DNA of 64,000 bases from a bacterium. Its GTDB lineage: Bacteria > UBA8248. How positions within the stretch are numbered: position 1 is the first letter of the stretch; each line of letters begins with the position of its first letter. Below are positions 29,707 through 40,032 of the stretch, piece after piece. Location of the stretch: contig CBDATS010000005.1 in the NCBI GenBank assembly GCA_965200245.1, positions 288,001 to 352,000 on the forward strand, read 5' to 3'. The position numbers and the translations under genes were made by a program. Under the pieces are notes generated by a model. That model did not search any database. It was not told the DNA's origin and worked only from the letters and a program-made list of their open reading frames with translations.

Positions 29707-30015
29707 CTCTTTCACGAGGACATTCACGCTCCAGTCACGCAGAACTGCCATGCGGGCGAGTTGTTCATGAGGTTTCACTCCCGGCTGCATGTTGAACGAG
29801 TCGCTAAAGGGTTTGTACAGATCGATTCCTTCCACTTTGCACCTGTACAGATGACCATTCGCCGGACCCTGAAATACTTTTTCAGTTCTTTTGCGTTGCG
29901 GCTTTGCATGGAATCAGATCCCGCACGCGGAGCATCTTCCGTGCAAGGTTTTGCTTTCTTCGCCGTATTCAACAGGCCCGCAATGATTCTTGTACGTTAA
30001 TGCGGCTCTGATCAA
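29707..30015 (-). pseudogene. Degenerate HicB-family antitoxin
   Basis: SD GAGG + TTG; LTYKNHCGPVEYGEESKTLHG / (other frame) KMLRVRDLI / EKVF...C..EGIDLYKPFSDSFNM...HEQLA..A....SVNVLVKE follows the HicB pattern; frameshifts and a TGA at 29914-29916. Confidence 0.6.
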
Positions 30016-30049
30016 ATTTGTTGGTCCTCTTTCGCCCCAGCCGATCCCT

Positions 30050-31150
30050 TCAAGCGCCGTTCCTGGCTTTTTCGAGTGTGGAGACATTCATTGGGTGCGC
30101 ATTGCGACGGCGCTTGTCGACGCGGATATGCAGGCGCGCAGCATCAGCGAGACTCAGACCCGCTTCCCGTAATTCGCTCCGGCTGAAACCCTTGCCAGGG
30201 CGCCATGCACCACGGGTATCCCTTACGAGAGGGAAAAATACATTCTCCGCCAGAGAGGATTCCGGGAGCTCCTCCGGCAACTCTGGCAAAACCGACGCCG
30301 GCAAGGGTTTCTCAACCTCCTCTGTGATATCTTCCGCTTTCTCCGGCTCGCCCTCCCAAGAAATTTCAGGCTCAGATGCAGCAGTCTCTACGCCACTTTC
30401 GGCAATCGCCGAGGCAACTTCCCCGTCTTCGGTCGGCTGTTCGTCCTCCTCCGGCAAATTGTCCGCAACTGACGCCATTGCTGCCTGTTCACTCACGGAA
30501 ACCGTGTCATCGCCTGTTTCCGGATCACCTGCTTCCGGGATTTCCTGTCCGTGTGCGGATACCTCCGCGGTGCTTTCTGACTTGTATGGAACGCTCTCGT
30601 TTACCGGGACCGATTCCGACACCGCCAGAGATTCCTCGATCTGCTGTACAATTTCATCTATGACATCCGGTTCACTCTCTTGAGGAGTTTGCGGGTCGGG
30701 CGCAGCCGCCTCCTCGACGCTTTCAACTGTATCCATGGCAGATTCCGGACATTTTTGTGACGGATCCAGCATTTCCGACGACTCGTTTGATTCCGTCTCC
30801 ACCAACAACTCCAGATCAAGACCATATTCCTCGAAAGGCGCTGCCTCACGAGGAGGCTCGGGCGTAGCACGTGAGCCGTCCATAACTGACGCAGCCAACG
30901 GTTCAAGGGCGGGAGAATCGCCGCTTTCAACGGCGTCCGACCCGTTTGCGGAATCAGTTTGTGGTGGTTCACCGGAAGCGAGCAGTTCCAGATCCAAGTG
31001 AGAACCATAACTTTTGTTCTTCGTATCTTCCGTCGAATGCGGAACGCCCGGTTCGATGTCCGTGGGAGGTGGAATCTGAAATCCCTCTTCTGGCTCGGTT
31101 GGTGCGGGATCCTTGCGACGCGCGATACGACTCAAAAATTTTTTTCTCAT
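30050..31150 (-). CDS. Acidic low-complexity protein with C-terminal ribosomal eL13 (L13e)-like domain
   Basis: ~300 aa rich in E/P/S/A then WRPGKGFSRSELREAGLS..AARLHIRVDKRRRNAHPMNV..L. Confidence 0.75.
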   Translation of the reverse strand: MRKKFLSRIARRKDPAPTEPEEGFQIPPPTDIEPGVPHSTEDTKNKSYGSHLDLELLASGEPPQTDSANGSDAVESGDSPALEPLAASVMDGSRATPEPPREAAPFEEYGLDLELLVETESNESSEMLDPSQKCPESAMDTVESVEEAAAPDPQTPQESEPDVIDEIVQQIEESLAVSESVPVNESVPYKSESTAEVSAHGQEIPEAGDPETGDDTVSVSEQAAMASVADNLPEEDEQPTEDGEVASAIAESGVETAASEPEISWEGEPEKAEDITEEVEKPLPASVLPELPEELPESSLAENVFFPLVRDTRGAWRPGKGFSRSELREAGLSLADAARLHIRVDKRRRNAHPMNVSTLEKARNGA

Positions 31151-31366
31151 GCCAATGCCGCCCTCTTTGAGGTCAAAAAATCGTGATATTGAAAGATTAT
31201 CGTTCAGATATTACAGGGGCGGTAAACAGGATTGAAAAACCTACAAACTCAAACTAGCGATTCCAAAGGCTTGGTGTCAAGTTCGCAAGAACACGTGCAA
31301 CAAGTGTATGTTCAAAGACCGGAAATTCGGAAAACCCGGTGAAGCCGGGTGGATATCACCAGTTTC

Positions 31367-32128
31367 TCACCCTGCTTCAACCGCCAACTCCTCGGCAGCC
31401 TGGATGATGAGTTCGATGTCCGCATCCCGCGAGAGCCTATGGCCACCATCCTTGACGAGCGTGAGGTGCACATCGTCGCCTTTCAATACACTGGTGATTT
31501 TCAAGGAAATCTCCCAAGAAATAGCTTCATCAAGCATCCCGTGGATGAGGCGCACCGGGCATGTCAAATCAATCTCACCGTCCAGGAGCAGGTGCTTCGC
31601 ACCCTCATCAAGCAGTTTCTTGCTGATAGGATACGGTTCCTCCCACATGTTGGGCGCGTGCATGACGTATCCCCGCTCGTCGAGTTCACTTTGCATCTGT
31701 TCGGTGAGCCTGTGGTTGATGAAGCGCTCCGTAAAATCGGGCGCCGACGCCACGCCCACCAGAGCTTTCACGCGCGCGGGCCGGGCCAAGGCAGCGAGCA
31801 GCATCATCCACCCGCCCATGCTCGAACCTATGAGTACCTGGGGACCCTGGGCGACATTGTCCAGAATCGCCAGCGCGTCTTCCGCCCACTCGCCGATAGT
31901 TCCGTCTTCAAAATTCCCGGAAGATTCCCCGTGTCCACCGTAATCGAATCGAACGTAGGCACGCCCCACCTTTCGGCAATGGGCCTCGAGCGCGCGCGCC
32001 TTCGTCCCGCTCATGTCTGAACGAAAACCGCCCAGGAACATCAGGCCGGGAGATTTACCCTCCAGCCGGAAATAGGCGAGCGAAGACTTTTCCGGTCGAT
32101 GCAGAAAACTGGTGGGAGAATCCGTCAT
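31367..32128 (-). CDS. Alpha/beta hydrolase (ABHD10-like)
   Basis: GGFRSDMSGTKA, FDYGGHG, GSSMGGW, GHRLSR. Confidence 0.85.
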   Translation of the reverse strand: MTDSPTSFLHRPEKSSLAYFRLEGKSPGLMFLGGFRSDMSGTKARALEAHCRKVGRAYVRFDYGGHGESSGNFEDGTIGEWAEDALAILDNVAQGPQVLIGSSMGGWMMLLAALARPARVKALVGVASAPDFTERFINHRLTEQMQSELDERGYVMHAPNMWEEPYPISKKLLDEGAKHLLLDGEIDLTCPVRLIHGMLDEAISWEISLKITSVLKGDDVHLTLVKDGGHRLSRDADIELIIQAAEELAVEAG

Positions 32129-32135
32129 TCTCGTT

Positions 32136-32669
32136 TCAGGATAAATTTTCGAGATGATCGATCAAGCGGGCCGCTACGCCGCGAACCTCTGCTTCCGCTT
32201 CCTCGTCCACACAGCGACCATCCTCGTCAAAGACCTTGTGGACGCTCCCGATGGAGGCCTGACCGGGCAGAACCTCTCCGCCTACGTGTGCGAGAATGTG
32301 TCTTAGATGCGCGAGGGCGTTGTCCGCACTCGGCCCCATCGCCACACCGAGGATGGCGATGTTCTTTCCCTCGAAGGTGGAGGGATAGCCCAGGTTGTCA
32401 ATCGCCAGCTTGAGCGTGCTGCTGATGCTGCCATGATACTCAGGCGTCGCGATGAGGATGCCCGCCGCCCCTGTTACGAGTTCCTTGAGCATATCGGGAT
32501 CTTTCGACTCGCTCGGCTGCCCGGGCAGGGGCAGGTCCATATCGCCCAGATGGACCCGGGTGATTTCGAAATCCCCCTTCTTCAACTCATCAAGCGCCAG
32601 AGCGAGAGCCTTGTCGGTATTGTTCTGCAACCTGCGGCTACCGCCGAATACAAGAATATAGGGTGACAT
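32136..32669 (-). CDS. NADPH-dependent FMN reductase
   Basis: GGSRR, ATPEYHGS..LKLAID; downstream of LLM monooxygenase. Confidence 0.85.
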   Translation of the reverse strand: MSPYILVFGGSRRLQNNTDKALALALDELKKGDFEITRVHLGDMDLPLPGQPSESKDPDMLKELVTGAAGILIATPEYHGSISSTLKLAIDNLGYPSTFEGKNIAILGVAMGPSADNALAHLRHILAHVGGEVLPGQASIGSVHKVFDEDGRCVDEEAEAEVRGVAARLIDHLENLS

Positions 32670-32692
32670 TTCATTTCCTGTGCTTTTTTCGA

Positions 32693-33799
32693 TTACACCG
32701 CGACGTCGGCCAGTTCAGGCAGTACGACAGGTTCGGTGTCCTTGAGAAGCGGCAGAACCTCTCTGCCGAATATTTCCGCTTCTTCCTTGTGGGGCCATCC
32801 ATTCATGATAAAGTGTCGCACGCCCGCGTCGTAGTACTCGCGGATTACGCTGGCGACCATGTTCGGCGTGCCGACAAACATCGTCCCCGCGCCGCCGCGC
32901 ACCCTGTTGACGCCCATCCAGATCGTGTCTGTAAGCCAGAGGCTACCGCGCGAGCCCATCTCGTTGATGCGCATCTGGCCGGTAGACTCGGTGTTGTTCT
33001 TCATGTCGTTCCAGGTGCCCGTGTTCGAGATATCGCTCTTGTCAATCAGCGCCTCGGCGGCTCGCACCGCCTCTTTCCTCGTTTCACGTACACAGACCAG
33101 ATGGCGTATGCCGTAGCTCAGGGGTCGGTCACGCCCATATGCCTGTGATTCTCTCCTGCCTTCTTCGATATCCTTCCCGACAACTTCGGGTTCGGCAGCG
33201 TACATGACGTGCACGTCGCCGTGCTCCCACGCCACGCGCTTGCCGGGATCCGAGCTTCCCGCCAAGAAAATCGGGGGATTGGGCTTCGTGACCCGCTCAG
33301 GGAAGATGCCCGCGTTTTCAATCTCGAAGAATTTTCCCTTGTAGTCCAGCGGACCCTCCGCGTTCCACAGCTTTCGTACCACGTCCAGAAACTCGCCCGT
33401 GCGCGCGTAACGATCCTCGTGCGGCATGAAATCCCCATATCTTTTCTGATCCACGGGCGTGCTGCCCGTCACTACGTTCAGCGTACAGCGACCGCCGGTA
33501 ATGTAGTCAAGACTGTTCGCCTGCTGCGCCGCGTAGACCGGACCGGTGATCCCGGGCCGGAACGCCACCAGGAACTTGATCTTCTTCGTCCGGCTCGAAA
33601 TCGCGCCCGCGGTCGTCCAAGCGTCGATACAATGCGTGCCGCAAGGAACGAGGATGTTGGCGAAACCCGCCTTCTCGGCCGTTGATGTGACCTCTGTGAG
33701 ATAAGCGAGCGTGGCGGGCCGGTCAGGCGTCTTTTGGTTCACCTGCGACCCATCTCCCGCCCTGTGGGAGCAGAGCGCCCAGATGTATTCGGTAGACAT
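32693..33799 (-). CDS. Luciferase-like flavin monooxygenase (SsuD-like)
   Basis: AEKAGF, FLVAFRPG, LNVVTG, GSS, VGTP..VA. Confidence 0.85.
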   Translation of the reverse strand: MSTEYIWALCSHRAGDGSQVNQKTPDRPATLAYLTEVTSTAEKAGFANILVPCGTHCIDAWTTAGAISSRTKKIKFLVAFRPGITGPVYAAQQANSLDYITGGRCTLNVVTGSTPVDQKRYGDFMPHEDRYARTGEFLDVVRKLWNAEGPLDYKGKFFEIENAGIFPERVTKPNPPIFLAGSSDPGKRVAWEHGDVHVMYAAEPEVVGKDIEEGRRESQAYGRDRPLSYGIRHLVCVRETRKEAVRAAEALIDKSDISNTGTWNDMKNNTESTGQMRINEMGSRGSLWLTDTIWMGVNRVRGGAGTMFVGTPNMVASVIREYYDAGVRHFIMNGWPHKEEAEIFGREVLPLLKDTEPVVLPELADVAV

Positions 33800-34003
33800 G
33801 TCTTATCTCCTTCACACGCGCCTTGTACCTTGAGGGGACACACACCGGAACAGTTTTACTGATTCCCCTCGAACACGTCTATCAACATGAAGGCTATCGC
33901 CACCTCGGAGCGAGCCTTCAAATCGATCTAGACGCGCATAGGTCTGATTCGAATCGCAGCGAGAAGAAAAATGCGCTTCCAGTCAGTTAGCGGTCCAGTG
34001 GAT

Positions 34004-34594
34004 TCAAGGCGCTTTGTCCAGAACGACCATGTAGCGCCGCTCGCGCCTGCGCTCTACGATGATGTTGCGCCGTTCCATCGCATGCCCCGGCAACCGCAGC
34101 CACATCGAATATTCTCCCGGAGCGAGACTCGCCACTTCGAGCGTCGGGTCGGTCTTGCCGTAATACTGGCTCCCAATGAAAACTTCCGCCCCCGGTGGAT
34201 CCGAACGGACGACGAGGCGGCCAGCGCCCCCTCTCGTCAATCGTACCTCAATGGATGTCTTCTTCGCGCGAACTTCGAACTCCACGAACCGACCAACGTA
34301 GCCCGGAAACTCCGCACGAATCGAATGACGCCCGAAGTTGACACCCTTGATCTTGACAGGCCTCAGTTTGTAGATCTCTCCGCGCGGATTGCCGTTAAAG
34401 ATGATGACGGCGCCTTCGGGCTTGCCCGTCACGGTAAGCTCGCTCTTGCCGCTGCGCGGGTTTTCAACTGTTTTTTTCTCCCGAGCGCACCCTGCACCCG
34501 TTACCAGGACAAAAAGTGTCGACAAAACAATAATAAAACGGATAGAGCACTTCGGCGGCCAAAATGAAACGGGTAGTCTGTGTTGCATGCTCAT
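34004..34594 (-). CDS. PEGA-domain lipoprotein
   Basis: Signal with GAGC lipobox; two repeats G.L.V.(G/S).P.GA...(N/G). Confidence 0.75.
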   Translation of the reverse strand: MSMQHRLPVSFWPPKCSIRFIIVLSTLFVLVTGAGCAREKKTVENPRSGKSELTVTGKPEGAVIIFNGNPRGEIYKLRPVKIKGVNFGRHSIRAEFPGYVGRFVEFEVRAKKTSIEVRLTRGGAGRLVVRSDPPGAEVFIGSQYYGKTDPTLEVASLAPGEYSMWLRLPGHAMERRNIIVERRRERRYMVVLDKAP

Positions 34595-34761
34595 CTTCCT
34601 GTCACGCGAGTCCCGAGTCTTACTTCGTCCAATGTACCCTGTTTCGGGCGAAAGCAAAAGCCATAGAAAAGGACAACCCAAAATGCGCTTGCCCATTCCC
34701 CGCCCATGAGGAATGATGCGGGTGAATTCCCAAAAACCTACACCAGGGAGAAGATTCCAAG

Positions 34762-36456
34762 ATGCGGGGACACCTGAGAGGACTGACGAGCTATGGCGAT
34801 CCGGGCTTTAGTGTTTTCGCGAGAGGCGCCTACGCGCGGGGGTTCGGGCTGACGAAAGAGGATCTGGAAAAACCTATCGTCGGCATCGCCCAGACCTGGA
34901 GCGAACTCAATCCCTGCCACCGCCACTTGCGTGAGATCGCCGAGGCCGTGAAACGCGGCGTGTGGCAATCGGGCGGACTACCGCTGGAATTTCCAACCAT
35001 CTCCCTGGGCGAGATGTACCTGAACCCCACAGCCATGTTCTTCAGAAACCTTCTCTCGATGGACACCGAGGAAATGATCAAGGGCCAGCCCATGGACGGC
35101 GTGGTGCTGCTCGGCGGTTGCGACAAGACCCTGCCCGCACAGCTTATGGGCGCGGCCAGCGCAGGGATTCCCGCCATCTGCGTGACGGCGGGGCCAATGA
35201 TCGGCGGACGCTTCGAGGACAAGGTGCTGGGCGCATGCTCGGACTGCCGAGGAACATGGGCGGAATACCGGGCGGGCAACTACGACGACGACAGGCTCGA
35301 AGAGGTTCAGGGATCGCTGTTTCCCTCCACGGGAACCTGCATGGTGATGGGCACGGCGAGCACCATGGCGTCACTCACCGAGGCGATGGGCATGATGCTC
35401 CCCGGACTCGCAGCGGTCCCTGCGGTGAACTCGAACCGCATCCGCCTGGCGGAGCAAAGCGGGCGGCGCATCGTCGACCTGATCGAAAAAGACATAACGC
35501 CCGGGAAGATTATATCGCGCAAGGCGTTTGAAAACGCTATCCGTGTGCTTATGGCCGTGGGCGGTTCGACGAATGCCGTCGTTCACCTGCCCGCCATCGC
35601 CGGAAGGCTGGGTATCGATCTTCCGCTTTCCTTGTTTGATGAAATTTCCCGTACCACGCCCATGATCGGCAACGTGCGCCCATCGGGCAAGAAATACCTG
35701 ATGGAAGACCTCGCGGCGGCAGGTGGAATCCCGGTGGTAATGAAGGAACTCGAGCCCCTCCTCCATGGGGAGTGCCTCACCGTGACGGGAGAAACCGTGA
35801 CGGAAAATCTTTCAAAAATCCAAAGGGCGCAACCGTGGCAGGACGTCATCCACACGCGTGAGAAGCCGGTTTCAGAAGAAGGCGGCCTCGTGATCGTCAA
35901 GGGCTCGCTCGCCCCTGATGGGGCTGTCATCAAAGTCTCGGCAGCCGGTTCCGATTTCCTGAACCACACGGGGCCGGCCGTCGTGTTCAAATCCCAGCAG
36001 GATATGATCGAGCGTATCGACGACCCCGACCTCCCCGCCACGGCAGAGAGTGTCTTCGTGCTCCAGAATACAGGCCCCATCGGTGCGCCTGGCTTCCCGG
36101 AGGCGGGCTCCCTTCCACTGCCGAAGAAACTCCTCGAAGCGGGCGTACGCGACGTGGTGCGCGTATCGGACGCACGCATGAGTGGAACGGCGTCGGGGAC
36201 CATCGTGCTCCACGTTGCACCCGAGGCGGCCGCGGGCGGTCCACTCGCCCTTGTTCGAGACGGGGACATGATCACTCTGGACGTCCCGAACCGAAGGCTC
36301 GACCTGAACGTACCGGAAGAAGAGATCGAACGTCGCCGCGCCGTCTGGGAACCTCAACCGCCCCATTACGAGCGAGGCTACGGGAAGCTCTTTATTGAAA
36401 ACGTGCTGCAGGCACCCCAAGGCTGTGACTTCGGTTTCTTGAGAAAGACGGAATAA
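34762..36456 (+). CDS. IlvD/Edd family dehydratase (sugar-acid type)
   Basis: TWSELNPCH, GGCDKT, CMVMGTASTM, GGSTN, SDARMSGT. Confidence 0.92.
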   Translation: MRGHLRGLTSYGDPGFSVFARGAYARGFGLTKEDLEKPIVGIAQTWSELNPCHRHLREIAEAVKRGVWQSGGLPLEFPTISLGEMYLNPTAMFFRNLLSMDTEEMIKGQPMDGVVLLGGCDKTLPAQLMGAASAGIPAICVTAGPMIGGRFEDKVLGACSDCRGTWAEYRAGNYDDDRLEEVQGSLFPSTGTCMVMGTASTMASLTEAMGMMLPGLAAVPAVNSNRIRLAEQSGRRIVDLIEKDITPGKIISRKAFENAIRVLMAVGGSTNAVVHLPAIAGRLGIDLPLSLFDEISRTTPMIGNVRPSGKKYLMEDLAAAGGIPVVMKELEPLLHGECLTVTGETVTENLSKIQRAQPWQDVIHTREKPVSEEGGLVIVKGSLAPDGAVIKVSAAGSDFLNHTGPAVVFKSQQDMIERIDDPDLPATAESVFVLQNTGPIGAPGFPEAGSLPLPKKLLEAGVRDVVRVSDARMSGTASGTIVLHVAPEAAAGGPLALVRDGDMITLDVPNRRLDLNVPEEEIERRRAVWEPQPPHYERGYGKLFIENVLQAPQGCDFGFLRKTE

Positions 36457-37015
36457 GTCACATCCGGGTTCGCGTGTTCGCACATATTTACTGACCTGCA
36501 TCCACGCCCTGCGCGGCAGGTCCGTCTCGCCCGACATTGAAGATTCTCAGGCCCGCACAGTGGATGGAAAATGCGCTGAACCCATGCCCGAACCAGCCGC
36601 CGAAAAACGGATGTTGGCGATGGGGGAGGCGGATTTCCTCCTCTCCAAAAACGATCCGCCGACCGACCCTTTCCATGAACGCGAAAATGCCGAAATTCTT
36701 CCAAGCTGGCGGCTGTTTTTTCGAAAGGCTGCAAACCGGGCGCGTCGAGCAGGCGAGTGTGCCTGCGATGACCTTTTCAATGCCGATTACCGATTCGGCA
36801 GCAAATCACGCTATCATGATGCCGTTGACAACAATCATCAGAAATCCCGAAAAACGATGAGCACCGCTCGGAAGAATCCCGACAACCCCGCATCCCTGCA
36901 AAGGACCGGCAGCAACGCGGGCGGAGACGATGAGAACATTTTCCGGGAAATCAGGATTTATTTCGCGAACATCCATCGCGTCACGACCGGTGTCGCCTGG
37001 CGGGGGGTATAACCC

Positions 37016-37732
37016 ATGTGCGCACGCTTCACTCTCACGCAACTCATCCTCTGGCTTGCCGAGATTCTGGACATCAAGGACCCCGAAAAGGTAGGAAGCG
37101 TGCTGCCTCGATACAACGTCTCGCCAGGTACGGACATCGTTGTCGTCCGCTCCCGGGAAAACAAGCCGCGCGAACTCGCCCTGGCTCGCTGGGGTCTGGT
37201 GCCTTTCTGGGCGAAAGACACAGGCTTCGGGGCCAGGACGATAAACGCACGCTCCGAAACCGCAGCCGAGAAACCCGCCTTCCGTGCCGCGTTCCGTTAC
37301 AGGCGGTGTCTCATCCCCACTGACGGCTTCTACGAGTGGTCAGGAAGCGGGAGAAAAAAGCAACCCTGGTTCATTCATCTGCAAGACAAGAAAACCTTTG
37401 CGTTCGCGGGCCTTTGGGAGAGCTGGACGGGAGCAGACGGGAGCGTTCTCGAGACCTGCTCGATCCTCACAACGGAAGCGAACGAAAAACTGGCCGAACT
37501 TCACCCCCGGATGCCCGTCATCCTGCCCGAGGCGTCTTATGCGGATTGGCTCAACCCGCGCGAGAACCGCGCGAAGGTTCTCCAGCCACTGCTCAAACCC
37601 TACCCTTCCGAGGCCTTCTCATATTATCCGGTGAGCGAGCGGGTGAACAGTCCCGGAAACGACGACGCAGCCTGCCTCGAAAGGCGCGAAGAAGAACCAC
37701 CCCAACTTCAAGGATCCCTTTTCGGGGGTTGA
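37016..37732 (+). CDS. SOS response-associated peptidase (SRAP/YedK family)
   Basis: MCARF, RYNVSP, WGLVP, NARSE, GFYEW, HPRMPVIL. Confidence 0.92.
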   Translation: MCARFTLTQLILWLAEILDIKDPEKVGSVLPRYNVSPGTDIVVVRSRENKPRELALARWGLVPFWAKDTGFGARTINARSETAAEKPAFRAAFRYRRCLIPTDGFYEWSGSGRKKQPWFIHLQDKKTFAFAGLWESWTGADGSVLETCSILTTEANEKLAELHPRMPVILPEASYADWLNPRENRAKVLQPLLKPYPSEAFSYYPVSERVNSPGNDDAACLERREEEPPQLQGSLFGG

Positions 37733-37811
37733 GACGAAAAGGGCGGAGGCACAGGTCCGCTCCCACGGTAGAATCCTCGCGTCAACCGCAGATCCATCGT
37801 AAAGATACGAC

Positions 37812-39005
37812 TCAGGAGATGGACGAATCCTCGGGCTGTTCTTCTATCGGCGCATCGGTGGTGAGGCGTTTTTTCGCCGTGGGCGCGTAGCCGCCGCCTG
37901 CCATCGTTGCGGCGACTTCGAGCACCTCGCTCATGGATTCGGGGATTCCGGAGGGATACGCATCGTCGGGACACTTGCTGTTTGCCATGAAGGCGCACGG
38001 CTTGCACTCGATGCAGCGGATGATTTCCCCGTCGCGCGCGGCGAGAGCCTTGTTTGCATAATCGGGATCCGTGAGCATGGCGCGTCCCACGCCGACAAGA
38101 TCGGCTCCCCCATCGAGATACGCCTGAACCCGCGCAGGCTCGAAGGCTGCCCCGTTCGCGACCAAGGGTACATCCACAGCAGCACGGAGCCTGCTGAAAG
38201 CAGCGTTGTACAAATCGGGCATGACGGGCAGACCCACGCGCGCGTTTCGCGAGCAGTGGAGAATGTCCACCCCCGCCTCCACGAGCGCGGGAGCAAGGGC
38301 AAGCGTGTCCTCCACCGTAAAGCCGTTTGCGAAAGGTTCCAGAAGACCCAGACGATAGCTCACCACCATCTCTTCTCCCCCACCTTCGCGCACGGCTTGC
38401 GCTACCTCGATCGGAAAGCGCATGCGTTTCTCGATCGTACCACCGTATCCGTCCGTCCGGTGGTTGGAAGCCGGAGAGAAGAACTGCTGGCACAGATACC
38501 ATGTGGCCCCATGAATCTCGATAATCTTTCCCCCCGCCTCGCGCACGCGCCGCGCAGCGTCTCCATAAGCCTGAACAGCAACCTTGATTTCCGCCTCGCT
38601 CATCTCGCGCGGCACCTCATCTTCGGTGGGATGCGGAATGGGCGAAGGTCCCACGGGCTCCATCCCCGTGATTGCGCTGAGTGCCGTTCTGCCCGCGTGA
38701 TAAATCTGAATCGCAAGCGGCGCACCCGCTTCATCCACCGCCTGAATCAACTCGCGAAGCGCGGGCACGTGTGCGTTGTCATGGGTACTCAGTTGGTTGG
38801 GAAAACCCTTCCCCTCCTGGTTGACGTAGGTCGCTTCCGAGAAACAAATCGCGGCGCCGCCCCGGGCACGGGCCCTGTAGTGTGCATGCGTCCACGCAGA
38901 GGGCGCGCCGTCCTCTTCTGCGCGCGAGGTCGTCATCGCGGACATTAGGATGCGATTCCTGATGAACTGGCCGCGGACTTCAAGGGGATCCGTAAATTTC
39001 ACCAT
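37812..39005 (-). CDS. NADH:flavin oxidoreductase (old yellow enzyme family)
   Basis: NRILMSAM, QIYHAGR, EIHGATWYL, NHRTDGYGG, RCIEC..C. Confidence 0.85.
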   Translation of the reverse strand: MVKFTDPLEVRGQFIRNRILMSAMTTSRAEEDGAPSAWTHAHYRARARGGAAICFSEATYVNQEGKGFPNQLSTHDNAHVPALRELIQAVDEAGAPLAIQIYHAGRTALSAITGMEPVGPSPIPHPTEDEVPREMSEAEIKVAVQAYGDAARRVREAGGKIIEIHGATWYLCQQFFSPASNHRTDGYGGTIEKRMRFPIEVAQAVREGGGEEMVVSYRLGLLEPFANGFTVEDTLALAPALVEAGVDILHCSRNARVGLPVMPDLYNAAFSRLRAAVDVPLVANGAAFEPARVQAYLDGGADLVGVGRAMLTDPDYANKALAARDGEIIRCIECKPCAFMANSKCPDDAYPSGIPESMSEVLEVAATMAGGGYAPTAKKRLTTDAPIEEQPEDSSIS

Positions 39006-39123
39006 GCAGAGAAATCTCCCGAAAATTACCTCTACGAACCCGCATCGCGGCGAGCCTGTCGGACCCGCCGCGATGCGATCTGAAAATCAGAAAGCAGGCA
39101 CTGGGCCCGCTTCTTGCGTGATA

Positions 39124-39918
39124 TTAATTTCTGGCCAGAAAATCCTCTATGTCACCCAGGGATTCCTCGAAACACTGGATGAGAAAGAAATGGCTCGCTT
39201 CCTCGTAAATCTTGATCTCGCAGTTCGGCACGCGGTCAGCGATTTCCCGGGAAGCGCTGGCCGCACACAGCACGTCCTGCCCACCCGCGAGGACGAGCGT
39301 CGGGCACTTCACCTCGTGGAGCCTGTCGAGTGCGTCGTGCGTAAGACAGGCGTGGGTAGAATTTACGTAGCCGGGAATGGGACGATCCGTGTTGCCGAGC
39401 CCCGCCTCGAATGCGTCGAGTTGTTCCTGGTTCTCGTTGAAATACTTGGGCGGAAAGAAGAAAAGCGACTGGTGCTTCGCTGCGGGCGCGTAGCCCTGGG
39501 CCTTCACCACTTCGTTGATATTGTAGAGAATTTGATAGCCATACCTGTCCAGCTTTCCAAAAGAGGCCGTGATGAGGAGGCTTCGCACGCGGTCGGGATA
39601 GTCGAGCGCCATCATCTGGGCGATGGCTCCACCCATCGAGCGGCCGATAACGTGCGCGGGCTCGGTGATGCCCACAGCGTCCATCAAGCCAATGGTGTCG
39701 GCCGCGAAATGGCTCGACGTATAGGGATAGTCCGGTGCTGAACTCCTGCCCGCCCCCCGGTTATCGAAGGCTAGTACGCGGTAGTTCTTTCCCAAGCTAT
39801 CGATCTGGGCCTTCCACGCGCTACAATCGCCCGCGAGACCATGGATGAGAACGACAGGAACGCCTTCTCCGTAATCCTCGTAATAAAGTTCTACGTCACC
39901 CACCTGAACCTTCGGCAT
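39124..39918 (-). CDS. Alpha/beta hydrolase (RutD/PcaD-like)
   Basis: HGL, DNRGAGRS, GRSMGG, SH. Confidence 0.85.
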   Translation of the reverse strand: MPKVQVGDVELYYEDYGEGVPVVLIHGLAGDCSAWKAQIDSLGKNYRVLAFDNRGAGRSSAPDYPYTSSHFAADTIGLMDAVGITEPAHVIGRSMGGAIAQMMALDYPDRVRSLLITASFGKLDRYGYQILYNINEVVKAQGYAPAAKHQSLFFFPPKYFNENQEQLDAFEAGLGNTDRPIPGYVNSTHACLTHDALDRLHEVKCPTLVLAGGQDVLCAASASREIADRVPNCEIKIYEEASHFFLIQCFEESLGDIEDFLARN

Positions 39919-40032
39919 CTTGAAAATCCCTTTCTGTGACCAGTCGGGAAGTCACTCTCGAGACGCTCACGCGGCCGCTGTGATCCACCCGCCAAAACTG
40001 AAGAAATACGCTTTTTATCCAGCGCAAGGGAA

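Noticed and set aside
29914-29916. In-frame TGA after CSACGI as a fifth Sec codon
   Set aside because: It falls in the out-of-frame segment of a frameshifted hicB relic; the HicB-like residues are in another frame
36460-37012. ORFs upstream of the SRAP gene
   Set aside because: Several competing frames and no family signature
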